NCBI RefSeq assembly: GCF_003918875.1
Contig: NW_025764892.1
Span: forward strand, 2,666,001 to 2,730,000
Length of the DNA stretch: 64,000 bases
Direction of reading: 5' to 3'
Origin: Haliotis rubra
Lineage: Eukaryota
Shown piece after piece: positions 13,781 to 25,198 of the stretch; within the stretch, counting starts at the first letter, position 1, and the number at the start of each line of letters is the position of its first letter. A program made the position numbers and the translations under genes. Below the pieces are notes generated by a model, which made no database searches, was not told the DNA's origin, and saw nothing but the letters and a program-made list of their open reading frames with translations.

Positions 13781-14816
13781 AGGCACTGCTTAAGGACTGC
13801 TGAGCAAGATGGCAGTTTGGGTGTTGTCACAGCACAAAACAACGTGTTTTGATAAGCTGTTAGTGTAGATTCTATAGGCGTGCCATTGTGTTATATCATA
13901 CGACTTGCACCATAGACAACGCGAGCATACCTTTGTGCTCAATCAGTTGGGCGTGTGTTGGTTTCCATTTATGACGTCACCGGATCAAACGCGGTTAATC
14001 GAATAAACAACTGCCTCAAATGTTCACGTATTACCACGTCCCTATATCCTGTCTTGTAGAACTTATTAAATTCACCTTTCGCGTATTATTGCTTTTGGTT
14101 GTAGTGGGTTATGCTTACAAAAGTTCGCAATGAATGCCATGCATGTCAGATTAATCGCGATCACTCTTAATGCAAGAGTATAAAACCAACATTTTCAAAT
14201 CATTTAAAGGGCTAGGCTTGCGAAATTGAGAGTTTCATGATTTATTTAAGTCCTCTTAACCCCACTTTGTTTGCCTGCTCACTCAAACCACACAGGTGCA
14301 TAGAATGATTACGTTATCTACAAGATAATTTTTTGTTTCACACAGTTAGACAACCACACTAGTTAAAACCGTGTTGTCAGACAGTGGAGTGGAGGATTAA
14401 TTAGGACGATATGTACAGCTGTGGTCTGACATACCTAATTATAGGGGTATTATCAGGGAGGAGTAACCAACTAAGTGCACTTGTAATTGATAGTGTCTAA
14501 CAGCTTCTAAATGTTTATTTCACTTTCCTTTTATCAATACAAGCAATGTACATTATAGTAAGCATTAACAGTATGATCTACCCTGAAGGTGGCTCCCGAA
14601 CCATAGTGAGTATGATTTTACTCCGCATGTAGCAATACTCCATCAATATCAATATCGAACAGACCAAAGACCAAGCTTCAACTATTGAACCCATTTTGGA
14701 AAACGATCTGGCGAATGATCAAGCATTGCACCCATTTGACGAATCAATTAGACCAAACACCAGGTTCCACTTATTGTCCCCATGTGTGGAATCGAATAGA
14801 CCAAGGATCAAACTTA

Positions 14817-15769
14817 GGGGAGACCGGGGTCAATTGTAACACTTTTTACTTAACTTCTTGTTGTTCGATCCTAGACGACCGCTCACAAAGCTAATCGGTA
14901 CTAACTAGTACATTGGCTTCTTGGCTTTAAAGCTCAGTGTCGTTTCAAGTTCACTATCATGTCTTTACAAAGTTATTACGTATCAAATGCAATGACTACA
15001 AGTGTTACAATTGATCCCTAGCACGGGGTAACAGGTGGATGGGGCAATTGTAACAAAGAAGGTTCAAATGTAACAATTTGTTTATTTTCCAAATAAAATG
15101 AAAATAAAATGTGGAAAGATGTTATCTTGATCAGTTGAGGTGGAAATGGATTAACATTAAACTTTTATCACCATCGACATTTATAATGTTTTTCGTTTAA
15201 AATTCTTGTATTCGTATGCCTAAAAAATAATACAAAGACTAACACCAAAAACTTTCACTCGAGGCTAATACTATCAACATAACACTGAAAATGTTCTACT
15301 ATGATAAACCTAGTAAAGAACTAACATAAAACCTTCATCATAATTGGCTTTATTATCATAACACAAGGGAAAATTACATGGGGCAATTGTAACACAGTGT
15401 TACAATTGCCCCTGTTGGCAGTAGCCATGTTTCATGCCACGTCACACGTTAACAACCTTGGGCTTCTCAAATATTTCTACTTCCAAATATGTCGTAATAT
15501 CTAAATTTTACACTTGAAAAGTTAATTTCATACCAAACAACATTTACTGCATTAAGAACGCTTTAATACGTTTTGTGAAAAATTTACTTACCTATGTGAA
15601 AAAACGATTTTTCCTCAACTGTATCTCGCCATATGAAAAACGCCTGGATGAGTACCGAAGGAAAGTAAAGGGAAATAACTCTACTCACCTACACTATGCT
15701 TGAGCGAAAACTTTAGAGTAATCGCCCTTGTTACAATTGACCCGTGTTACAATTGACCCCGGTCTCCCC
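14817..15769. mobile_element. Non-autonomous Tc1/mariner-pogo-type DNA transposon (953 bp)
   Basis: Perfect TIR GGGGAGACCGGGGTCAATTGTAACAC; TA on left, AA (mutated TA) on right; TIR core TGTTACAATTG reiterated internally; no ORF. Confidence 0.8.
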
Positions 15770-16014
15770 AACTATTGCGCCATTGTGGGAAATCGAACAG
15801 ACCAAGGATCAAACTTACTACTGCGTCCATGTGGGAAATCGAACAGACCAAGGATCAAACTTACTTTTGCGCATACCTGTAGCGCCCTTTATGTTTATGG
15901 GGGTTGGTTGTCTGCCATACAGACCCAGAAACAAATATCCCAATACAGCCCCTGCAAGTAAGGAAGAAGTGGCAAGTCTAGCTTACAGTCTCCTGCTCCC
16001 TCTTAATACATTTA

Positions 16015-16171
16015 TGAGTGACTGAGTTACGTTTGACGCCGCTTTTAGCAAAATTCCAGCAATATCACGACGGGTGACACCAGAAAGGGGCTTCGCACAT
16101 TGTGCCCATGTGGGGAATCGAACCCGGGTCTTAGACGTGACGGGCTAACGCTGTAACCACTAGGCTACCCC
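16015..16171 (-). mobile_element. SINE family A
   Basis: Match to family consensus incl. B-box and tail. Confidence 0.85.
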
Positions 16172-17235
16172 GAGGCTCTTATATATTTTATGAAGAAAAC
16201 TTAGGAACTGTTTTTTTCTGTAAATATGTTCATTCCGTTTCTAGATGTTAGTGTAGAGGGTTCGAAGTTCGTGTTGCTAGAACGTAAGTATTTCTATCGA
16301 TATGCTATCATTTATTTATTTATATTTCCAGGTGAGACTTCAAACATATTTCAAACGTATGATCCCAAGCATCATTATTGTCACCTCTTGCCAGAGTCGA
16401 TCGGGGCTCATATTGAATTTCTTAACGGGCAAAACATATCTTCAAAAACATGAAATTAAGAAAACATTCAAACAGTACCCGTATCATGAGATATTCAGTG
16501 TTTCCTGGGTCTCTAATCTAAGAGAGGATCTAAACAATAACTTAATCTTTATACTCACTGGTGCACACGTTGTTTCCGCGTACCGTCCGCTCCGGTTGGT
16601 TACTTGTTAATCTCAATGGGTATTTTACGGTCGAGGCGGTAAGACGTTTGGTGTGAAAAACTAGCCTACGGGTGTTTATACAGGTAATTATTTGATAAAC
16701 CACATCAAGAGTGTTAGGCCTTGCAGTGATGCCTGATCACATCTACATCAGCGAGTGTTGCCATGTGTAATTTCCCTGTTTGATCACCACAACCCCGGGG
16801 GTGACGCATGTGGGTCCCTAAGGGACATCGTGGGCCCTGCCAACACCCCCGCTGTTGGAAAACAGGTAGATTTGTGCTTCATTACATAGTTAACCATACC
16901 CTTGAGTTTATTTACATTAACATATTGTACATTGACACGCTGTTGAAATAGGGGAAACACAAGTAATGTGTCTTTAGTCAAGTCTATGTGTGTGTTTTCA
17001 AGTGTATTGTGTTGTAAAGGTGGCGACTAGGCAACAGTCCTTTTCACTACTTACAACGTCTAGACTAGACTGAAAATAGATTGCATAATAAAATAAGAAT
17101 AAAAATATTATCTTGTAGTGTCACACATTGTAAATCGGTATAGTAACTGTACAACTATCTTCCAGTCGCAACATGGCTGAAATATTGCCGAAGTGGAGTT
17201 AACTGTATTACATAGATTATAGCTTAAATCTGAGT

Positions 17236-17475
17236 AGAATGAGTTTAGCTTTACGCCGCACTCAGCAATATTCCAGCTATATGGCGGCGGTCTGTCAATA
17301 ATCGAGTCTGTACCAGACAACCAGTGATCAACAGCATGAGCATCGATTTATACAATTGGGAACCGATGACTTGTTTCAACCAAGTCAGCGAGCCTGACCA
17401 CCTGATCCCGTTAGTCGCTTCTTATGACAAGCATGGGTTACTGAAGATCAATTCTAACCCGGATCTTCACGGGTC
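17236..17475 (-). mobile_element. Short retroposon family B (~240 bp, no tRNA head), full length
   Basis: Starts GACCCGTGAAGATCCGGGTTAGAATTGATCTTCAGTAACCC and ends with the GCTGGAATATTGCTGAGTGCGGCGTAAA tail shared with family A; ~11 copies in window. Confidence 0.85.
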
Positions 17476-17968
17476 TCTGAGCAGAGAGAACATTCAACAC
17501 AACACATGTAGCTCATTCTCAACATCAAATACGTTCATTAGGCGGAGTTTTCGTACGGCTAAATCTGCCTAATTCTATTTCTGATTGCAGAGTCCCACAG
17601 TGAAACTTACCTGAACATCTGTTCATCAATGACCTGACACGATAAACCGGGAACACGGACATGTTGAATGCTAAAACGGTCCACCGTACGTGCTCGCTAG
17701 AACTCCAATTCAAGGCTATGAGACAATACATTCATTAATAAACCATTTGATTAGAATGTATATAAAATATATGTTGTACACTTAAGTACCCATAGTATTA
17801 CCCAGTACCATACGATTCTGCACAATGAGTAGCTTACACAATATCCACTTGCAGACACGGCAGACAACCCAATAATAACGGAGGTAATACGGACAGACAG
17901 ACAGACAAAATAGTTTATTTATGTGTCACGTGAATATACATGTCAAAAATGGCAGTGGTAAAAGAACA

Positions 17969-20900
17969 TAGGCTATTTTCAGGGCATTTGGTTCAGATTC
18001 TTCCAAAAGCACCAAATTTGGCACAGAGGTAGCTTAAGTCATACTAATTCGATTCCAGACGGGCGCCAAGATGGCGGCCCCCTGTGGCGGCCATATTGGA
18101 CAAAAAACAAAATGGCCGCCACCCCGATTTAAGAATATTTTTTTCCTACGGTTGTATATGGTCATGTCACATATCAAATGAAAGATAATGAAAAGAGCTT
18201 TGCAATGATGTATACATTGATGTATTGTAACCAGTGTGACAAAAGTTATTACCAATATAAAATTTAAAGAGCTGACCGAAAACTTCAAAATATGATACAA
18301 AACCCATCAAAATTCATACAATACTTGGAATTTGAAGATATTTTCACTTTGGAAATTGTCAATTCAGTGTTCGGTTTTAAGAGGTATCATATTGTAAGTG
18401 ACTTAAAATGGAATTATGTAGAAATAATATTTATGTTTTACCTATAAAAAATATCCAGTCAGTAGTGAATCAGAGTACACCAGAAATAACAATAGTATAC
18501 ACAGAATGTATATATTGTACTTTCACATGACTGTCAGTGATAGATATAGTAACTATTTTACCTAGTTACTGTCAGTATTTGTGCATCCTCCTTCGCATTG
18601 GCAGAGGACCGTACATCGTACACCAGCACTGTTGCATTTACACCTTCCCACACAGCCCTTTTTGCAACCGCAGTGTAGGAGGATAGAACATGCTGCTGAA
18701 GCATCACTGAGGGTGGTCCATAGAGGTTGCCAGTTATGGCTGTCGTCTTTCTGCTAACCCCAATCACTGAAGTCAGGGATTTCCTGGTAAGCAATGGTTG
18801 CCTACTCCCAAAAGAAACTCGTCTGCAGAATAGATCGTGTCACATGTTGAAACAACGCAGCTTGAGTAGGCAGGAATTTTGCCAATGACCTGCTTCCAGT
18901 AGTGAAAAGGCGATGCCTTGCTTCATTCACGCGCCCTACTCCACAACTTCTGCTGCACATCAGTACAACAAATCTTTCAATCTGTTGAATGTGTCTCGAC
19001 TCAGTCACGAAGTGTTCAGGATCCTGTGTGAGAGCCACTAGTGTGTCTGTCAGGTCAGGTAGACTTGTCCAGGTTGTCCATGCAGTCTTCTTTCCACATC
19101 CAAGAATATGTGAAGTGGTGTCACAGACAGTAAGACTGTGGAAGAGGGGTAATGCCAAGGACTTTGATGTACCAAGATGAGAGTACATATCATGGATTGG
19201 GATGTATTTGCACTTTTTACCAGTTCCAAATCCGATCCAGAGCTCTGTTAGGCCTAAGGTCTCAAAGACCCTTATTGCCAAAATCACAACATTGCTGTCA
19301 ACAGTGCGAACATAGGCTGATGTGTGGCCATGCTCTGCAGCATGTCGGAGATGTAGGATGATTCTTGTGTCAGCCTCGGTATGGTTGCATGGCTGTAGTG
19401 TACCCAGGTCACACTGTCGGTTTGAAAGCACATTTTCACAGTGGGTACTCAGGAGGAGCTTTCCATCCATATCCGTTTTGGAGATCTGACTGCTGATGAA
19501 TGAAAGGAATTCCCTTTTGTTCTCCTCATTCTTGAGGAAACCACTGTTCCATTCATGTTTTGGTATCAGGGTGCCGCCATCACCAACTCTTGTTCTTGAA
19601 CCAATCCCAGGCCTTTAAAATCGTTACTCTCTGGGTAGTTATTCCATACCGCATCAATCCGTTGGGCTCCATTCTTCATCTGGGCCTCAAGATATGGAAT
19701 GACTTGAAGGGACACATAGTCAGAGAATGGTTTTGCTACTGTTGAGCGCAGAATGTGTATGCTGCCATATCCAAAACCTCGACTGTTGCTAGTTTTGGAG
19801 CAGTTGTACGGCCAGTTGGTGCATTGATACAGTCCAGTATGTCTGACTTTGTTCCAAATCTCAGTGACCCTCTGTCAACTAGGCTTGGTGGTTCCTTTTG
19901 ATTTTCATACATGAAAAAGTCGGCCAAGTCCGCGTCTGGGCGGGACTGCAAAGAAAGGAAGAGCTGTGTCACCAATATCATGTTTTGTTTCTGAATACCA
20001 ACATCCTTAGGTTCTTTTCTCCTTGGGTCAGGTCGATTTGCAAAGGTCAGCATGTTATTTCTTTTGATTGGATCTGTTACAGGCACAGATAGCTTCACCA
20101 GTCTCTCTTGGACATAATCTGCATGCAGGGCTTTCCCAGCTTCAGAGATTTGTAACAGACTGTTCACGACGGACGGCTCCATGACAGTTTGGGTATCCAG
20201 AGCAACAAGTGTACATGTCTTTTTGAAATTTGACTTGTAAATGATGTCCTTCCTCATGATGAGCTGTTGCCTGGGGTGAAAGGTCATGTGTTGATTCAAA
20301 CTCCTTTACCATCTGCACACAGTCTGATCCTGCAAGCATATAAAGGGTAAGTGCTTCAGGATTCTCATAAAGACTTGGTCTTGGTCCTTGGCCGTAAGAC
20401 TGAACTTCTTGGATGATTTCTGAACGACATTGCCCTTCATAAATTCATCATGTATCTCAGGGTGATTCTTGCTAAGTTCAACCATGTCACGTACATATAC
20501 TGGAAGCCAACGAGCATAGTTTGTGTGGTCCAATGCATGAAACCAACCACAAAGTTCGTCACATGATTGTACATAAAGTAGGAAGTCTCCTTCCCTCAAG
20601 GACCTCACAAAACGAGCCATGAGCAGTTCTAGTTCAGTGATAGTAACCAGTATTTGAACTGTGGGAAACTTTGAGAACGTTGATCCCACATGTTGAAGGA
20701 TTCCGGTGGACCCATGACACCCTTGGATTATTCAGAGTATGCATTCTGCTTGAGGATATTCAGCGATATGAGGGAAACCTGGTGGGCATATCTTGTGCGC
20801 TTGATGTGATGCTCATGGAGGGTTGACTTAGCTCGAACAGATGTGAGGATCTCTGCTTGAGTTAGTACTGTTGCCCACCCTGAGACACGTAGCAGCTTCC

Positions 20901-22002
20901 CTATCATTAGATGCATCTTGTCTTCGATATGCAATGCACCCATCATAGAAACAAGCTTGCCTTCTCCGTAAGCATCTGTGAACTGCCATTGGAGGAGTTT
21001 TATAATGGCATATAGTGGCTGATCTGCTCCAAGTACTGTGGTCTGGCCCGGGTTTAAGAACCCGCACAGACAAATCCATAGCATGTTTCATAGAAGATGC
21101 AGATGCTGCTTTATCCGAGAAGAAAGAATATATACCAATCTCAGCTGGAGGTTTCACAGATCTGTCACTTGCAAGAGACGAGTTGTACCTTACCCAGGTG
21201 ATGATGTCACCCTCTTCTACTGGACCCTTGTTCAATACCACTGCCATGCCTGATCCTTATCCATTGAATCTTCTACAAGGTGACTTGGTCGGACTTGGTT
21301 TGTAGTAGACTTTGGAGCATAGACATCTGTCTCAGAGAGTTCTACTGGTTGTTGAATCGTATAAAAGTCCGGCAACTTTGGAGGGGTTGTGTCTATTGGA
21401 TCCTGTTTTATCGGAGCATGCTTTACTCCCATATTCTCATTTGATAGATGATTGGTCACACTGAGTGCATAGCCATGAAATTCTTCTTGTGAGAAGTTTC
21501 CTTGTGCTTTGCTGTCAAGAATATCCACATTCTGTGTAGTGAACCATATTATATTTTTTTTCTAAAATGGCATTTTCTACATAAATCGATAAGAAACTAT
21601 AAAAAAAACATGTTCTTAGAAAAAGAAAGAGGATATATTTTGTATTTCTTCGTTTGTTTATTGACATTTTGATGTTTTTGGTCCACCCTCTAGATCTTAA
21701 TTTTCATCTAACTTCTTTAATATCATTCACACAAAGTTTATTTATATATCCCTGTAAAGCTCTTTTTATTGTCTTTCATTTGATATACAACATGATTATG
21801 TACAATTTATGACAATTTATGACTAAATTTTTTCTTAAATCGGGGTGGCGGCCATTTTGTTTTTTGTCCAATATGGCCGCCACAGGGGGCCGCCATCTTG
21901 GCGCCCGTCAGAAATAAGCTTAGTATGTCTTAAGCTACCTCTGTGCCAAATTTGGTGCTTTTGGAAGAATCTGAACCAAAATATCCCTATGCCCCCTGAC
22001 TA
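17969..22002 (-). mobile_element. Academ (AcademX-type) DNA transposon, internally deleted and decayed
   Basis: Long TIRs (core 17987-18134 / 21835-21980, weaker to ~230 bp), TAG...CTA termini, internal transposase + XPG/PIN nuclease + Cys-rich remnants; TSD not cleanly resolved, so the left end is approximate. Confidence 0.8.
18562..21545 (-). pseudogene. Frameshifted Academ transposase-XPG nuclease-Cys8/CXC polyprotein
   Basis: Collinear fragments FTTQNVDILD..FHG, ADQPLYA, MMGALHIE, DHTNYARWLP, ENQKEPPSL, CNHTEADTRIILH, VRTVDSNV, CDTTS..GKKTAW, and (my translation) CGCKKGCVGRCKCNSAGVRCTVLCQCEGGC; many stops and frameshifts; N-terminus missing. Confidence 0.85.
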
Positions 22003-22212
22003 TAGGTTTATGAGAATTGAAAGTAATTGCAGCGGCAGGAGAGAAATATTGATTCCGACATTGGAATCAAGCTTGAATTACTCGATTTGTATACTGTCAC
22101 ACGGCTTATTGGAATCGCTTTTTGACAACACAACCTGTATATCATATATATATATATATTCGCAAGAGAACCAATGTTATTAGTCAATACCACCAATCTA
22201 CCTTCACTGAAG

Positions 22213-22430
22213 CAGCGTTCGAAATTAACGTTGGTACTTAGACCCGAAGCCAACGGAAAACCAATCGGACCCCTAGCTTTTGTTTTCTGCAGGTCCTCAT
22301 GGCCTTGTTTGCTTGGAATTACTTATATTGTTACTAAAATGTAGGGCCTACACATTTTGATCAGACCCACAACGTTTCATGGTTCTGGGTCCTTAGGGCC
22401 TGCAGCTTCCAGGGTTAAGGGCAAACACTG
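22213..22430. mobile_element. hAT-type MITE (second copy at 41556-41859)
   Basis: Imperfect TIR CAGCGTTCGAAATTAAC / GTTAAGGGCAAACACTG; degenerate 8-bp TSD CACTGAAG/CGCTTAAG. Confidence 0.7.
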
Positions 22431-23536
22431 CGCTTAAGTTCCCAGTGTCCTTGGGGTCTTCAATAGTCATGAAACTTGACACTCAAAACAGTGATTGAAA
22501 CTACATGACTGTCTAAAGAAGTAACAGAGGTTAACAGTGAACATGTCTGAATCCCCATATTTTCCAATCTTTTCAGATGATCGAAGTTACCTAGTAATTG
22601 CAAATCATTTTTAGATTAATTTGTAAAAGTAACTCATCAAAACAAGGGTAACACAATACTTTTTAAATTGTGTCACCTTCAGACATGTCTTTTCCTAAAC
22701 GTGACGCTATTCAACGCTATACTGAGGATGCCAAATTCCCTCTTAATGAATATCAACATAGTACGCTGTACAAAATACATAAACATTGATAATATAATGG
22801 ATTAACCTTAATCTTGTCGGTGCCGTATTATGAACAGAAGGAATTATTAAACGTTCACCCAAATCTTTATGGATTGACTTAAGGCCTTCACACGACAGTC
22901 GTAAACAGATACTGTAATCCCTCTGTAACGATTCTGTAACGGTTTCGGTACATCATGAGAAATATTTGTTCCTGAAGGCAATTAAAGGATTACAACTGGA
23001 TGTGCGTTATCCCCGACTTTGCTAGGCGGTGTCAAGTGTAGGGCGAGATTGGACGCCCGTCGTCATCTAAGCACCGGATCTTTGGGCAGGTATTTTCTCC
23101 TACAGGGTTCTGTGGGACACACTATACAGGACGGACTAGGTTGAATATAGGCCACATATAATTCCACGTAGATTGTTATGAGATATGGACTTATAGGGAT
23201 ATTGTTTTACGTTTAAGGACATTTTACGGATACCTTTCATCTGAATTATTCAAGTTTCCACGAGATTGAAAATACTTTACAGATACTGACATCAAAGAGA
23301 CGTTTAATCTTGATTAATTTTATCGAATCGTATACGAATAGTAACATTTTTCTGTCAACGAAGATTTGTAACCAACTTGCTCTATCCGAGTAATTCATAT
23401 TGACCCCATATCGCAGAAATATATTGTCGATAATACGTCAATCTTTAACTTACTCATATTCAACATTATGTGGTGCACAGATGGACACTTCAAGTAGTGC
23501 AGCTGTTGTGTTTGTATATTAGATTCAGCTATATGA

Positions 23537-24331
23537 AATCCAGTGGTTGACGATCCAGGAGCAGACAATCCAGTGGTTGACGATCCAGTAGCAGACAATC
23601 AAGTGGTTGACGATCCAGTAGCAGACAATCCAGTGGTTGACGATCCAGTTGCAGACAATCCAGTGGTTGACGATCCAGTAGCAGACAATCCAGTGGTTGA
23701 CGATCCAGTAGCAGACAATCCAGTGGTTGACGATCCAGTAGCAGACAATCCAGTGGTTGACGATCCAGTAGCAGACAATCCAGTGGTTGACGATCCAATT
23801 GCAGACAATCCAGTGGTTGACGATCCAGTAGCAGACAATCCAGTGGTTGACGATCCAGTAGCAGACAATCCAGTGGTTGACGATCCAGTAGCAGACAATC
23901 CAGTGGTTGACGATCCAGTTGCAGACAATCCAGTGGTTGACGATCCAGTAGCAGACAATCCAGTGGTTGACGATCCAGTAGCAGACAATCCAGTGGTTGA
24001 CGATCCAGTAGCAGACAATCCAGTGGTTGACGATCCAGTTGCAGACAATCCAGTGGTTGACGATCCAGTAGCAGACAATCCAGTGCTTGACGATCCAGTT
24101 GCAGACAATCCAGTGCTTGACGATCCAGTTGCAGACAATCCAGTGCTTGACGATCCAGTAGCAGACAATCCAGTGGTTGACGATCCAGTAGCAGACAATC
24201 CAGTGGTTGACGATCCAGTTGCAGACAATCCAGTGGTTGACGATCCAGTAGCAGACAATCCAGTGGTTGACGATCCAGTAGCAGACAATCCAGTGGTTGA
24301 CGATCCAGTTGCAGACAATCCAGTGGATGAC
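23537..24331. repeat. 30-bp minisatellite (~26.5 units) expanded inside a family B retroposon
   Basis: Unit AATCCAGTGGTTGACGATCCAGTAGCAGAC, itself two related 15-mers; the array runs directly into family B sequence (CATCATGAGTATCGATCTACG). Confidence 0.95.
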
Positions 24332-24446
24332 ATCATGAGTATCGATCTACGGAACAAGTTGGTTGGTTTGTTGTTTAACACTGCACATGTCGGCCTTCTG
24401 TGAAAATCTTACGACAAGCATGGGTTACTGAAGACCAGTTCTAACC

Positions 24447-24639
24447 CACATGCCCTCGTGTCTTTGCGAGGATTAGAGATTTAAAAAACATTATTTTTGA
24501 GATAACACCCGACTAAAAATACTTCATAGTACCTTGCCATTATGTATTGTACTGTGAAGCTTTTCGAGTCGGGGGTCACCTCAAATTTTTATGTATTTTT
24601 AAAAAATATTGAACCCTCGCAAAGACACGAGGGCCTGTG
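24447..24639. mobile_element. P-element-like MITE inserted in the family B 5' end
   Basis: 25-bp TIR CACA(T/G)GCCCTCGTGTCTTTGCGAGG; perfect 8-bp TSD TTCTAACC (24439-24446 / 24640-24647). Confidence 0.8.
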
Positions 24640-25198
24640 TTCTAACCCAGTACTTCACGGGTCTCGACGGAAAAGGGGTACGATGACATGAATGAACTGA
24701 ACCGTTTCATCCTACGACACTAAAGTATGTGTGGAAGATGGATAGGTAACAATAACTGATGAATACATTAGTAACATTTTACATTTGAGGATATATTGCA
24801 CAGAGGCATCCTCATCTGGGAAAGGTGAACATTAACACCTCTAAGTATTACCATAGTACCTTTAACTGATTTCCATGGTATCATATAGATTTGGATGTAC
24901 TTGTAAAACGATAATCGAGCTATCATATTTCCTTTGAATGAATAAATTGAAGCGGACATTTCTTGACTATCTGACTCAAATGAATCGGATGCATCCATTG
25001 TTTCCTTAAACCTACTGCTGGCTTAAGTACACATTTGGCGGACCATACATCTGAACGTGGAACATGATCTGTTGTCTCTGGTGAAAAGATAAACTGCGGT
25101 TGCAAAGGCGAGCTTTGAAAGTGTGCATGACAAAGATGAAACACCCGTAAAATATCTGACTCGTTTCCTTCTTTCTGAGACTTATCTAAGTGTCTTAA

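Noticed and set aside
13598-13852. His/Arg/Cys-rich ORF
   Set aside because: Translation of a trinucleotide microsatellite
23537-24331. CRISPR array
   Set aside because: Units are contiguous with no unique spacers, there are no cas genes, and the context is eukaryotic
23543-24403. 286-aa (VVDDPVADNP)n and 260-aa (TTGLSATGSS)n ORFs as real genes, e.g. shell-matrix or mucin proteins
   Set aside because: They come from a stop-free 30-bp minisatellite inside a retroposon; the + ORF starts at GTG, and there is no signal peptide or splice context
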